Below, piece by piece: positions 42,640-53,044 of a DNA stretch of 64,000 nt. A program made the translations under genes and the position numbers. This DNA comes from an uncultured Pelagibacteraceae bacterium (GTDB lineage: Bacteria > Pseudomonadota > Alphaproteobacteria > Pelagibacterales > Pelagibacteraceae). Below the pieces are notes generated by a model that did not search any database, was not told the DNA's origin, and saw nothing but the letters and a program-made list of their open reading frames with translations. The DNA is taken from positions 404 to 64,403 of the forward strand of contig CACFAI010000005.1 in assembly GCA_902564265.1 (NCBI GenBank). Reading direction: 5' to 3'. How positions within the stretch are numbered: position 1 is the stretch's first letter; each line of letters opens with the position of its first letter.

Positions 42640-43371
42640 TTATAAAGATTTTTTAATATTCGATATTCCTTCTTTTATAAAAGTTACTTTTTTATTTAGA
42701 ATTTTGTCTAAGTTTATTATTTTGGAAACATATTTTTTCCTAGAATTGATAAAGGAAAAGGTTTCAGCCATGTCCTCTGATATTGAGTATTTTGCATATT
42801 CTGAAAAAAAACCGTTAGTATTATTAATTTTCGTCAAACTATAGTTCTCTGGATTTTTTGAACTACCAGAATAATAAAAATTTTGATCATTAAACTTAGC
42901 CCAAACTCTATCTGGGAAAAATTTTTTATAATTATTTTCTATAATATGAAATACTTCATGATGTATCACTCTTTCAAAAAGTTTATTATTTACGTTCATG
43001 TTTAATAAAATTGTTTTCATTTCAGGGTTAGCAAAACCAAGAGCATTTATTTCACCGACTTTTAACTCCTCACATAAAACGATATATCTAAGTTTAATTT
43101 TTTCAAAAAATTTTTTATTATAAACATCTAATTCATTTTTAGTTTTAATATATTTTCCCTTAACTCTATAGTCATTTGATTTTTTACAGCTAACATTATA
43201 TATTCCTGAATTAGTAACGAAGTCTTTTTTGGGGGTAAGATATCTCAAATTATTTTCTTTATCTATTTGATAAATCTTAAGATTGGGTATTTTAATTAGT
43301 TCATAAATTTGATCAGCTTTAGACTGAAAAATTATGAAGAATAATAATAATGTTAAAATTTTTAATTTCAT
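42640..43371 (-). CDS. Exported putative zinc metallopeptidase (zincin)
   Basis: Signal peptide; HHEVFH (HExxH) and SEYA....EDMAETF third-ligand motif. Confidence 0.75.
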   Translation of the reverse strand: MKLKILTLLLFFIIFQSKADQIYELIKIPNLKIYQIDKENNLRYLTPKKDFVTNSGIYNVSCKKSNDYRVKGKYIKTKNELDVYNKKFFEKIKLRYIVLCEELKVGEINALGFANPEMKTILLNMNVNNKLFERVIHHEVFHIIENNYKKFFPDRVWAKFNDQNFYYSGSSKNPENYSLTKINNTNGFFSEYAKYSISEDMAETFSFINSRKKYVSKIINLDKILNKKVTFIKEGISNIKKSL

Positions 43372-43422
43372 TTTTTGAATATAAACATATTAGAATTTAA
43401 TATCATATGTTACATTAAAGAA

Positions 43423-43548
43423 ATGAAAAAAAAGAAAAAGAGAGAGTCAGATCCTAAATCAGTCCCAAATCTTTTTACTAGCAAATACATTGTGTATTAT
43501 TATGGGTTTTTCTGGACGGTTCTAATATTGATTGTTGTATTGTCGTGA
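43423..43548 (+). CDS. Unannotated 41-aa small membrane protein
   Basis: MKKKKKRESDPKSVPNLFTSKYIVYYYGFFWTVLILIVVLS; TGA overlaps the agmatinase GTG (GTGA). Confidence 0.6.
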   Translation: MKKKKKRESDPKSVPNLFTSKYIVYYYGFFWTVLILIVVLS

Positions 43549-44507
43549 AAAAAAAAAATAAAAATCCTATTCAACCTGTAAGTGGAACAGTAGTTCCAAG
43601 ATTTGCTGGTCCTAGTACTTTTGCGAGGTTACCGGAGTTAAGAGATGTAGAAAGTTGCGATGTAGCAATCGTTGGCATTCCTTTTGATGCAGGCACAAGC
43701 TATAGACCAGGTGCAAGATTTGGTCCTCAAAGCATAAGACAAGCTTCAAGACATTTAAGAACCAACTACCACCCAAATTATGATGTTGAACCATTTATAG
43801 TTCAGCAAGTTGCTGACGCTGGGGATATAACTTGTAATCCATTTAATATTGATGAAGCAATAAAACAAATTGAAAAAGGTGCTTACGACTTACTTAAAAA
43901 AACTGGTAGAATTATCAGCATGGGAGGAGATCATACGATAGCATTTCCACTTTTAAGAGCAATCAACAAAATAAATGGAGGACCGGTAGCACTTGTTCAT
44001 TTCGATGCTCACTTAGATACATGGGATACTTACATGGGTGCCCCCTATACTCATGGAACACCTTTTCGTAGAGCTAGAGAAGAAAACTTATTTTTAGATG
44101 ATGCATCAATGCACGTTGGTATAAGAGGACCGCTTTACAGTAGAGATGATCTTAAAAACGATGAAAGTTTTGGATTTAAAACAATTCATTGCGATGAATT
44201 CCAAAGTGAGGGAGTTGATAAAATTGTTCAAAGAATAAGAAAAAGAGTAGGTAACAATCCATTATATTTATCAATAGATATAGATGTCCTTGATCCAGCA
44301 TATGCACCAGGTACGGGAACACCTGAGATAGCAGGTATGTCTACAAGAGAAATGGTAAACGTCATAAGAGGATTATCAGGAATGAAACTGATTTCGGCGG
44401 ATGTTGTGGAGGTCTCACCTGCTTATGATCACGCTGAGGTAACATCATTAGCCGCAGCAACAATAATCTATGAAATCACTAATTTATTTGCAAAAGTAAA
44501 AGGATAA
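43545..44507 (+). CDS. speB: Agmatinase / ureohydrolase family (guanidinobutyrase-like possible)
   Basis: GARFGP, GGDHT, DAHLD, HGT, SIDIDVLDP..APGTGTPE, VEVSP. Confidence 0.85.
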   Translation: MKKKNKNPIQPVSGTVVPRFAGPSTFARLPELRDVESCDVAIVGIPFDAGTSYRPGARFGPQSIRQASRHLRTNYHPNYDVEPFIVQQVADAGDITCNPFNIDEAIKQIEKGAYDLLKKTGRIISMGGDHTIAFPLLRAINKINGGPVALVHFDAHLDTWDTYMGAPYTHGTPFRRAREENLFLDDASMHVGIRGPLYSRDDLKNDESFGFKTIHCDEFQSEGVDKIVQRIRKRVGNNPLYLSIDIDVLDPAYAPGTGTPEIAGMSTREMVNVIRGLSGMKLISADVVEVSPAYDHAEVTSLAAATIIYEITNLFAKVKG

Positions 44508-44521
44508 GTTAATTTCCAGTC

Positions 44522-45958
44522 ATGTCAGACAAAAAAAAATTTTATATTAATGGTAAGTGGGTTTCACCAAAAAGTAATAAAAGTATTAAAGTAATTAATC
44601 CAGCAACCGAGGACGTATGTGCAGAAATATCATTAGGTTCAAAAGAAGATGTTAATGATGCAGTATTGTCTGCAAAAGAAGCTTTCAAAACATGGGCATT
44701 CTCATCAAAAAAAGAAAGATTAGAACCATTAGAAAAATTATATGAATTATATAAAAAAAGATGGTCAGATATAGCAGAGACCATAACTACAGAAATGGGA
44801 GCTCCAAAGGATTTTTCAACAAAATTGCAAGCAGGGACAGGTGCTGCCCATATAAAAACTTTTATTAGATACCTAAAAGAATTTGATTTTGAGAAACCAC
44901 TAGGGGATCATGCAAAAAATCAAAGACTTATTTATGAACCAAAAGGTATTTGTGCTTTAATAACGCCTTGGAACTGGCCAATGAACCAAACTTGCCTGAA
45001 AGTAATGCCTGCTATTGCATCAGGCTGCACCATGATTCTAAAACCATCAGAAGTTGCTCCACTATCGGCAATGATATTAACTGAATTAATAGATGAAGCA
45101 GGTTTTCCTCCAGGAGTCTTCAATTTAGTAAATGGAGATGGTGCAACAACTGGAGATGCTTTAACAAGCCATCCAGATATAAACATGATCTCATTTACAG
45201 GATCAACAAGAGCTGGGGCTTTAATATCGGAAAATGCTGCTAAAGATTTTAAAAGAGTAAGTTTAGAACTTGGTGGCAAAGGAGCAAATATAATTTTTAA
45301 AGATGCAGATCCAGACGCCATTGAAAGAGGTGCTCTAAGATGTTTCAGAAATTCTGGACAATCATGCAATGCCCCAACAAGAATGCTTGTTGAAAAAAGT
45401 ATGTATGATGAAGCGGTTGAAAGAGTAAAAAAATTTGCAAACAGTATGAAAGTAGGAGATCCAAAAAAAGAAGGCGAGCACATTGGTCCAGTCGTATCCG
45501 AAATACAATTTGAAAAAATACAATCACTTATTCAAAAAGGTATCGACGAGGGTGCTAAACTTGTAGCAGGGGGAGTAGGAAAACCTGATGGAATAAACAA
45601 AGGTTACTTTGTAAAACCAACAGCCTTTGCTGATGTTAATAATCAAATGGAAATTGCAAGAACTGAAATTTTTGGTCCAGTGCTATCAATTATACCTTTT
45701 GAAAATGAAGAAGAAGCTATAAGTATTGCAAATGATACTGATTACGGTCTAACAAATTACATTCAAACTAAAGATAAAGAAAAAGCGAATAGAGTTGCAA
45801 GAAGACTTAGATCTGGAATGGTAGATGTTAATGGGGCTGGTATTGCAGTTGATGCACCTTTTGGGGGCTTTAAACATTCTGGTATTGGTCGTGAAGCAGG
45901 AAGAGAAGGTTTATTGGAATTTTTAGAAGTTAAATCAGTTGGAGGATGGGTTAATTAA
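44522..45958 (+). CDS. Aldehyde dehydrogenase
   Basis: PWNWP, KPSE, FTGS, LELGGK, GQSC, EIFGPV. Confidence 0.95.
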   Translation: MSDKKKFYINGKWVSPKSNKSIKVINPATEDVCAEISLGSKEDVNDAVLSAKEAFKTWAFSSKKERLEPLEKLYELYKKRWSDIAETITTEMGAPKDFSTKLQAGTGAAHIKTFIRYLKEFDFEKPLGDHAKNQRLIYEPKGICALITPWNWPMNQTCLKVMPAIASGCTMILKPSEVAPLSAMILTELIDEAGFPPGVFNLVNGDGATTGDALTSHPDINMISFTGSTRAGALISENAAKDFKRVSLELGGKGANIIFKDADPDAIERGALRCFRNSGQSCNAPTRMLVEKSMYDEAVERVKKFANSMKVGDPKKEGEHIGPVVSEIQFEKIQSLIQKGIDEGAKLVAGGVGKPDGINKGYFVKPTAFADVNNQMEIARTEIFGPVLSIIPFENEEEAISIANDTDYGLTNYIQTKDKEKANRVARRLRSGMVDVNGAGIAVDAPFGGFKHSGIGREAGREGLLEFLEVKSVGGWVN

Positions 45959-47141
45959 ATTTTGACTTTTCTTTAACACCATCTAAAAATTTAAGGCATT
46001 TTTTTAATTCTTCTAGCTTAATAAATTCATCAACTTTGTGTGCTTGTTCAATTGATCCAGGTCCACAAACAACTGTACTAATCCCTATTTCTTGAAAAAG
46101 GCCTGCCTCTGTACCAAAAGACACAACTTCGCGTGAATTGTCTCCAGTAATGCTAGATACTAATTCACAGGCTTCAGAATTTTTTTCTCTATCAAAACCT
46201 ATGATTTCTCCGATAACTTCCTTTCGTATCTCAGATTTTGGATAAACTTTTTGCATTTCTGGAAGTAGCTCTTTCTCTATGAATTTATCTATTTCGTTAT
46301 TAACAAATACACCGTCCTCTTTTACAACTGGTCTTAATTCCCAATCGACATTACATTTGTCAGCAATTACATTTCTTGCAATTCCACCTGAAATACCACC
46401 TATTTGCAGTGTAGTATATGGTGGGTTAAATACAGAATTTTTAGGTTTTCTTTTTTTTAAAACTTCTCTTAGTTGCATAAGTTTTTGAATAAATTTCGAA
46501 GCATACTCTACTGCATTAACTCCTTTGTCAGGCTGTGAACCATGACCAGCAAGACCATGAAAATGTGTTGTGTATTCATAACAACCTTTGTGAGCATCAA
46601 TTATTTTCATATTAGTTGGCTCTCCAACAATACACAAAGAGTCTTTTATATTTCTTTTTTTTAATTCATCTATTAAAAGGGGCGCTCCTTGGCACGCTGT
46701 TTCTTCATCAAAAGTGAAAGAAAAATGGATATCTCGATCTAATTTTTCAGAAGAAAAAACTGGTGCATAGGCCAACACACAAGCCAAAAAACCCTTCATA
46801 TCACACGATCCTCTTCCAAACAGTTTCCCATCTTTGATTGTTGCTTTGAAGGGGTCTGTCGACCAACTTTTTGTTACAGGCACCACATCAGTATGACCCG
46901 AAAAAATTATAGATTTTTTTCCATTCTTTTTTTTTGATTTTAAAGTTGAAAATAGGTTCACTCTTTTTTTATCATTATCAAATACTTTAAATGATGATGC
47001 TCCGACATCACCTAAAATTTTTTCACAGTAATTAATAATCGAGTTATTATCTTCACCTGAAATTGTTTTAAACTCTATCAAATCAGAGAGAATTTTAATT
47101 GAATCGTTATATAATTTATCTGAATTATTTTCTGTACTCAT
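45951..47141 (-). CDS. argE: M20 acetylornithine-deacetylase-family amidohydrolase
   Basis: SGHTDVVP, GRGSCDMKG, DEE, GEPT, GTEAG, QAHKVDE. Confidence 0.85.
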   Translation of the reverse strand: MSTENNSDKLYNDSIKILSDLIEFKTISGEDNNSIINYCEKILGDVGASSFKVFDNDKKRVNLFSTLKSKKKNGKKSIIFSGHTDVVPVTKSWSTDPFKATIKDGKLFGRGSCDMKGFLACVLAYAPVFSSEKLDRDIHFSFTFDEETACQGAPLLIDELKKRNIKDSLCIVGEPTNMKIIDAHKGCYEYTTHFHGLAGHGSQPDKGVNAVEYASKFIQKLMQLREVLKKRKPKNSVFNPPYTTLQIGGISGGIARNVIADKCNVDWELRPVVKEDGVFVNNEIDKFIEKELLPEMQKVYPKSEIRKEVIGEIIGFDREKNSEACELVSSITGDNSREVVSFGTEAGLFQEIGISTVVCGPGSIEQAHKVDEFIKLEELKKCLKFLDGVKEKSKFN

Positions 47142-47168
47142 TCGTAAAAAGAATTATATATTAATTCC

Positions 47169-47510
47169 ATGAAAGAACAAATATCCTATGATCAATTTGA
47201 CAAGATTGATTTAAGAATCGGCACTGTAATTTCAGTAAAAAAAAATGAAAAAGCTCGAAAACCTTCACTAGTTGTAAGGGTTGATTTTGGAAAAGAAATA
47301 GGCATAAAACAATCTTCTGCCCAGATTACACATTATTATAATGAGGAAAATTTAAAGAATAAACAGGTTATCGGTGTTTGTAATTTTGCAGAAAAAAATA
47401 TTGCTGGAGTTGTTTCCCAGGTTTTAATACTTGGTGCACTAGACCAAGAAGGAAAAGTAGTATTACTTCACCCTTCTCAAAAAACTGAAGACGGATTACC
47501 GGTAGCTTAA
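47169..47510 (+). CDS. csaA: tRNA-binding / export chaperone CsaA
   Basis: F.KIDLRIG, SSAQIT, NF..KNIAG..S.VL.LG. Confidence 0.88.
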   Translation: MKEQISYDQFDKIDLRIGTVISVKKNEKARKPSLVVRVDFGKEIGIKQSSAQITHYYNEENLKNKQVIGVCNFAEKNIAGVVSQVLILGALDQEGKVVLLHPSQKTEDGLPVA

Positions 47511-47598
47511 TTTGTTAGTAAATTTGCGACAAATGATAAATTTATTTAATTATTTTATTATGTTATGTCTGCTTACTTTTTACTCAAAATAATTTGAT

Positions 47599-50268
47599 AT
47601 GAAACCAGGAAATAAAAACTCTTATAAATCACTTACCTCGATTAACATTAATGAAAAAGAGTATAATTATTTTTCTTTAAAAAATGCAGAAAAGAACGGT
47701 TTAAAAGGAATAGAAAAATTACCAAAATCATTAAAAGTTTTATTAGAAAATTTACTGCGGTATGAAGATGATAAGACAGTCACCAAAGATCAAATTCTTG
47801 CTTTGCAAAAATGGTTAAAAGATAGGAAGTCTGAGACAGAAATTGCATATAGACCTGCTAGAGTTCTTCTGCAAGATTACACAGGAATACCTGCGGTTGC
47901 AGATTTAGCAGCTATGAGAGAGGCTGTTAAAAAAAAAAATAAGGATCCACAAATTATAAATCCACTCTCTTCTGTTGATTTAGTAATCGACCATTCAGTA
48001 CAAGTCGATAAGTTTTCAACACCAGATTCATTAAAGAAAAATGTTGAAATTGAGTTTCAAAGAAATGCAGAGAGATATTCTTTTTTGAAATGGGGACAAC
48101 AAGCTTTTGATAATTTTAGAATAGTTCCGCCAGGGACTGGAATATGCCATCAAGTTAATCTTGAGTATCTTTCTAAAGTAGTATGGAGAGAAAAATTTGA
48201 AAATAAAGATTACATTTTTCCAGATACTTTAGTAGGAACCGATAGCCATACAACTATGGTAAATGGCTTGTCTGTTCTGGGATGGGGAGTTGGAGGTATA
48301 GAGGCCGAAGCTGGTATGCTTGGACAGCCAATCTCGATGTTAATCCCTGAAGTAATTGGTTTTGAAATAAAAAATAAACTTCCAGAAGGTACAACAGCTA
48401 CTGACTTAGTTTTGACAGTTGTTAAAATGTTAAGGGATAAAGGTGTTGTTGGAAAGTTTGTTGAATTCTATGGGGAGGGACTCAAAAATTTAACTTTAGC
48501 TGATAGAGCAACTATAGCAAATATGGCACCAGAGTACGGAGCAACTTGTGGTTTTTTTCCAATTGATGAAGAGACTTTAAAGTATCTAGAGTTCTCTGGT
48601 AGAGATAAAAATCAAGTAGAAATAGTTAAAAGGTATGCACAAGAGCAAGGTTTATGGGTAAGTGACGATATAGTTTTTACTGATACTCTCAAATTAGACA
48701 TGTCTACAGTTGTTCCAACGATTTCTGGGCCTAAAAGACCGCAAGATAAGGTTTTGTTAACAGAAGCTTCAAAAAATTTTGATTTTAATTTTAAAGAAAT
48801 AACAAAAAGGGAAGCTTTTTCTACTTCAAAAGTTGATGGGACAGATTATGAAATTAAAGATGGTTCTATTTTAATAGCCGCAATAACCTCATGCACTAAT
48901 ACATCAAATCCCAATGTACTGATTGGTGCAGGATTGCTAGCAAAGAAAGCTTGTGATCTCGGGTTAACAACAAAGCCGTGGGTAAAAACTTCTCTTGCAC
49001 CAGGGTCTCAAGTAGTTACTGATTACTTGGCAAAGGCTGGTTTAAACGTTTATTTAGATAAGCTAGGATTTAATCTTGTTGGTTACGGTTGTACAACTTG
49101 TATTGGAAATTCTGGTCCGTTACCAGAAAATATATCCTCAGCTGTTCAAAAAAATAATATATATGCTGTTTCAGTTTTATCTGGCAATAGAAACTTTGAA
49201 GGAAGAATTTCACCATTGATTAAAGCTAATTATTTAGCGTCACCACCTCTAGTAGTTGCTTATGCATTAGCTGGACACATGAAATTTGATTTTTATAAAG
49301 ATTCATTAGGAAAATCTAAAAATGGAAAGGATATTTTCTTAAAAGATATTTGGCCATCTAATAAAGAAATAGAAGATACATTAAGCAATTCTCTAAACGC
49401 TGAAATGTTTGTAAACAGATATTCAAATGTATCAAAAGGACCATCGCAATGGCAAAATATCAAAACAAAAGAAAGCAGCATCTATGAATGGGATGACAAT
49501 TCAACATATGTAAAAAAACCTCCGTTCTTTGACAATCTTAAAGATAGCCCAGATGGATTTAAAGACATCATTAATGCAAGACCTCTATTAATCCTAGGGG
49601 ATATGGTTACGACAGATCATATTTCACCAGCTGGCTCAATTCAAAAAGAAAGTCCAACAGGTGATTATTTTATGAAAAATCAAGTTTTACAAAAAGATTT
49701 TAATTCTTATGGGTCTAGGAGAGGGAATCATGAGGTAATGATGAGGGGAACTTTTGCAAATATTAGAATTAGAAACGAGATGGCACCAGGAACGGAGGGA
49801 GGATTTACTAAACTTTATCCAGAAGAAAAAATAATGCCAGTTTTTGAAGCAGTAGAGGAGTATAAAAAAAGAAAAACGGATTTAATAGTCATTGGTGGTA
49901 AAGAATATGGAACAGGCTCCTCAAGAGACTGGGCAGCTAAGGGCACGAAACTTTTAGGAGTAAAATCTGTATTTGCTGAAAGTTTCGAGCGAATTCATAG
50001 ATCAAATCTAATTGGGATGGGAATATTACCATTACAATTCTTAGATGGCATGGACAGGAAAAAATTAAAACTTATAGGTTCAGAAGTAATTACTGTTAAT
50101 GGAATAGAGAAAGGATTAAATCCTGGGGATAAACTATCTGTTGAATTTAAATATCAAAATGGAGAAATAAAAAAAATAAAAATGCTGTGCAGAATAGATA
50201 CTAATAATGAGTTAGAATATTATAAACATGGTGGGATTCTTCAATACGTTTTAAGAAATACAATTTAA
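47599..50268 (+). CDS. acnA: Aconitate hydratase A
   Basis: DLVIDHS, GTDSHT, AITSCTNTSNP, GYGCTTCIGNSG, TTDHISPAG, GSSRDWAAKG. Confidence 0.98.
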   Translation: MKPGNKNSYKSLTSININEKEYNYFSLKNAEKNGLKGIEKLPKSLKVLLENLLRYEDDKTVTKDQILALQKWLKDRKSETEIAYRPARVLLQDYTGIPAVADLAAMREAVKKKNKDPQIINPLSSVDLVIDHSVQVDKFSTPDSLKKNVEIEFQRNAERYSFLKWGQQAFDNFRIVPPGTGICHQVNLEYLSKVVWREKFENKDYIFPDTLVGTDSHTTMVNGLSVLGWGVGGIEAEAGMLGQPISMLIPEVIGFEIKNKLPEGTTATDLVLTVVKMLRDKGVVGKFVEFYGEGLKNLTLADRATIANMAPEYGATCGFFPIDEETLKYLEFSGRDKNQVEIVKRYAQEQGLWVSDDIVFTDTLKLDMSTVVPTISGPKRPQDKVLLTEASKNFDFNFKEITKREAFSTSKVDGTDYEIKDGSILIAAITSCTNTSNPNVLIGAGLLAKKACDLGLTTKPWVKTSLAPGSQVVTDYLAKAGLNVYLDKLGFNLVGYGCTTCIGNSGPLPENISSAVQKNNIYAVSVLSGNRNFEGRISPLIKANYLASPPLVVAYALAGHMKFDFYKDSLGKSKNGKDIFLKDIWPSNKEIEDTLSNSLNAEMFVNRYSNVSKGPSQWQNIKTKESSIYEWDDNSTYVKKPPFFDNLKDSPDGFKDIINARPLLILGDMVTTDHISPAGSIQKESPTGDYFMKNQVLQKDFNSYGSRRGNHEVMMRGTFANIRIRNEMAPGTEGGFTKLYPEEKIMPVFEAVEEYKKRKTDLIVIGGKEYGTGSSRDWAAKGTKLLGVKSVFAESFERIHRSNLIGMGILPLQFLDGMDRKKLKLIGSEVITVNGIEKGLNPGDKLSVEFKYQNGEIKKIKMLCRIDTNNELEYYKHGGILQYVLRNTI

Positions 50269-50270
50269 CA

Positions 50271-50912
50271 ATGTCTGAAGATATAGAAATAATTAATCAA
50301 AATACAAGAATTGAAAAAATAAAAAATTTTTTTTCAAATAACTATAAAAAATTAATAGGTTTAATAGTATTAATTTTGATAGTGTTATTTTCATACTTTG
50401 GTTACCAAGAATATAAAAATATAGAAAAATTAAAGATTGCTGAGAGTTATAATCAGATTACCTTGAAAGAAATAACAATTGAAAGTACAAATGATATTGA
50501 ACAATTAGTAAAAATTATAAAAAAAAAAGATCCAATTTATTCGGCTTTGTCATTATATTTTATAATCGAAAATAATTTGGTGAAAGATCAAAAGGTAATT
50601 AACAATTTTTTTGATCTGGTAATAAAATCTCAAGAGGAAAAAGAAATTAAAAATTTAATCATCTATAAAAAAGCTATGTACAATGCTGATATAATCTCTG
50701 AAAATGAGCTGCTTGAGATGTTAAATCCTATACTTAAATCAGAAAGTGTGTGGAAATCTCATGCGTTACTTTTAATGGCAGATTTTTTTGAACATAATAA
50801 TAATTTTTTAAAGTCAAAAGATTTTCTTGAGGAGATAATTAATTCTAAAATAGTTAACAATGAAATTAGAATTGAGGCTGAAAGACGCTTAAAAAGGAAC
50901 TTAAGTGACTAA
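50271..50912 (+). CDS. YfgM-like single-TM TPR membrane chaperone
   Basis: N-terminal TM then helical repeats; sits directly before a bamB-like gene. Confidence 0.7.
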   Translation: MSEDIEIINQNTRIEKIKNFFSNNYKKLIGLIVLILIVLFSYFGYQEYKNIEKLKIAESYNQITLKEITIESTNDIEQLVKIIKKKDPIYSALSLYFIIENNLVKDQKVINNFFDLVIKSQEEKEIKNLIIYKKAMYNADIISENELLEMLNPILKSESVWKSHALLLMADFFEHNNNFLKSKDFLEEIINSKIVNNEIRIEAERRLKRNLSD

Positions 50913-52200
50913 AAATTATCTTTATTTTATTTTATTTTTATTTCTTTTTGAATGTTCATTAAATCCTAATTCAAAATTTTGGACTAAAGAAAAAAAAATT
51001 TTTGTAGATAAAAGCTCAAGCTCTGTTCTATCGAAGGATAAAGATTACTCGTTAAATGAATTTAATCAAAACTTTAAAATTTCACTGCCCAAAAATTTAA
51101 AAATAGAGACAAATCAGCAATTAAATAATGACGGATTTATTAACTTTGATGCAGATCTCGAAAAGGTATCTAAATATAATTTTAAAACAATAAAATCTTT
51201 TTCGAATTTTGAACCTGAAATATTGTTAGATAAAGATCACTTGTTTTATTTTGATAGCAATGGTTCTATACTTAAATTTGACAACAAGTCTAATATATTA
51301 TGGAGAAAAAATTACTACTCAAGACAAGACAAAAAATTACAGCCAATTTTATTTTTTGGAACAAGTGGTGATGATTTATTCGTTGTTGATAGTATAGCAA
51401 ATTATTATGTAATTAACAAAAATACAGGAAATCTAAAATGGAAAAAGAAACATTCTTCATCATTCAATTCACAAATAAAAATATTTAAGAACAAGGCTTT
51501 AGTTATTGATATGGAAAATCAATTAAGATGTTTTTCTTTAGAGTCAGGTGAACTTTTGTGGTCTGTAAAAACTCAACAATCACTTTTAAGATCTCAAAAA
51601 AAACAATCTTTGATATTAAAAGATAACAATGTTTATTTTAGTAACTCTATAGGGGATGTTACCGCAGTAAACATTTCAAATGGAAAAATAATTTGGCAAT
51701 CACCAACTCAATCAAATATTTCTTTTGGTAGCACCTATTTTTTGAAATTATCAGATATTATATCTGATGAAAGCTCGATTTTTTTCTCTGATAATAACAA
51801 CCAATTTTTTTCTTTAGATTTATTAACAGGCTCGATTAATTGGAAGCAAGATTTTAGTTCAGAACTCAGACCGGCGTTGGTCGGTGATTACTTGGTTACA
51901 ATTTCAGACAACGGTTTGCTTATAATTATGAATAAACAGACAGGACAGATAATAAGGATCAATGATTTATTAAAAAATATTAAAGATAAGAGAAAAAAAA
52001 ATTTTCAACCCATAGGGTTTTTAGTTGGTAAATCTTATATTTACCTCTCAACAAGGAATGGAAGAATTTTAGTTGTGAATTTTAAAGAAGGTAAAATTGA
52101 AAAAATGGTTAAATTGGACAATAATAAACTTCAAAGACCTATTTATTTCAATAAAAGTTTATATATTGCAAAGGATAACTCGATTATTAAATTAAATTAA
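50905..52200 (+). CDS. BamB-like PQQ beta-propeller lipoprotein
   Basis: Signal ending in Cys (FECS); repeated G...W propeller motifs. Confidence 0.8.
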   Translation: MTKNYLYFILFLFLFECSLNPNSKFWTKEKKIFVDKSSSSVLSKDKDYSLNEFNQNFKISLPKNLKIETNQQLNNDGFINFDADLEKVSKYNFKTIKSFSNFEPEILLDKDHLFYFDSNGSILKFDNKSNILWRKNYYSRQDKKLQPILFFGTSGDDLFVVDSIANYYVINKNTGNLKWKKKHSSSFNSQIKIFKNKALVIDMENQLRCFSLESGELLWSVKTQQSLLRSQKKQSLILKDNNVYFSNSIGDVTAVNISNGKIIWQSPTQSNISFGSTYFLKLSDIISDESSIFFSDNNNQFFSLDLLTGSINWKQDFSSELRPALVGDYLVTISDNGLLIIMNKQTGQIIRINDLLKNIKDKRKKNFQPIGFLVGKSYIYLSTRNGRILVVNFKEGKIEKMVKLDNNKLQRPIYFNKSLYIAKDNSIIKLN

Positions 52201-52628
52201 TGCTTCTTAAAATTCTTGAAAAATTAGGTAGAAAAAAAATTGTTTTAGATAGAGGCCCTTCCCATCCCGAATATGATAAAGCCAAACCTTGGATGAATAG
52301 ATATTATCTAATTTTTAGACATAGACCTAAGTGGTTTCCTTTTAATATTTTAATACACGAAATGTTAGATGATGATCACGGAGAAGGTGTTCACAATCAT
52401 CCTTTCCCGTTTATGACAATAATACTTAGAGATGGATATTTCGAAACTCTTAAAAGTGGAAGATATTGGAGACCAGCTGGTTATATTGGTTTTAGATCTG
52501 CAAACACACATCATAGGATCGATATTAAGCCAGGAACGAAACCTATTACAATATTTATAGCAGGTCCCTATGGATTAAGAAAAGGACCAAGATCAGAATA
52601 TGGAATTGATTTTAAAACTAAAAAATGA
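52200..52628 (+). CDS. Cupin-fold metalloprotein of unknown function
   Basis: IH...DDH..VHNHPF...IL.DGY.E ... HHRI ... TIFIAGP. Confidence 0.7.
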   Translation: MLLKILEKLGRKKIVLDRGPSHPEYDKAKPWMNRYYLIFRHRPKWFPFNILIHEMLDDDHGEGVHNHPFPFMTIILRDGYFETLKSGRYWRPAGYIGFRSANTHHRIDIKPGTKPITIFIAGPYGLRKGPRSEYGIDFKTKK

Positions 52629-53044
52629 AACAAAAGTTTTTTGAATTAAAACTAAAGACAAACGGACAAAAATTATATAATTTTACAGATCAAACTATTA
52701 GTTGGATCGATGAAAATTCTTTTAATGATGGAATTTTAAATTTAAGTATCCAGCACACAAGCGCATCCTTAATTGTTCAAGAAAATGCTGATCCTGATGT
52801 ACAAACAGATTTAATTAATTATTTTGATAAACTAGTTCCTATGGATGAAAAGTCCTATATTCACAAATCAGAAGGAAAAGATGATATGCCAGCGCACATT
52901 AAATCTGCTCTAACAAATAATCAAATTTCTTTAAGTGTAAAAAAAAAAGAATTATTATTGGGTACCTGGCAAGGAATTTATTTGTTTGAACACAGAATTG
53001 AAAGTCAAGTTAGAAAAATTATTCATCACTTTATTGGCGATTAA
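52625..53044 (+). CDS. yjbQ: YjbQ/UPF0047 family protein (secondary thiamine-phosphate synthase)
   Basis: HTSASL..QENADPDV, DMPAHIKS, LGTWQGIYLFE. Confidence 0.9.
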   Translation: MKQKFFELKLKTNGQKLYNFTDQTISWIDENSFNDGILNLSIQHTSASLIVQENADPDVQTDLINYFDKLVPMDEKSYIHKSEGKDDMPAHIKSALTNNQISLSVKKKELLLGTWQGIYLFEHRIESQVRKIIHHFIGD

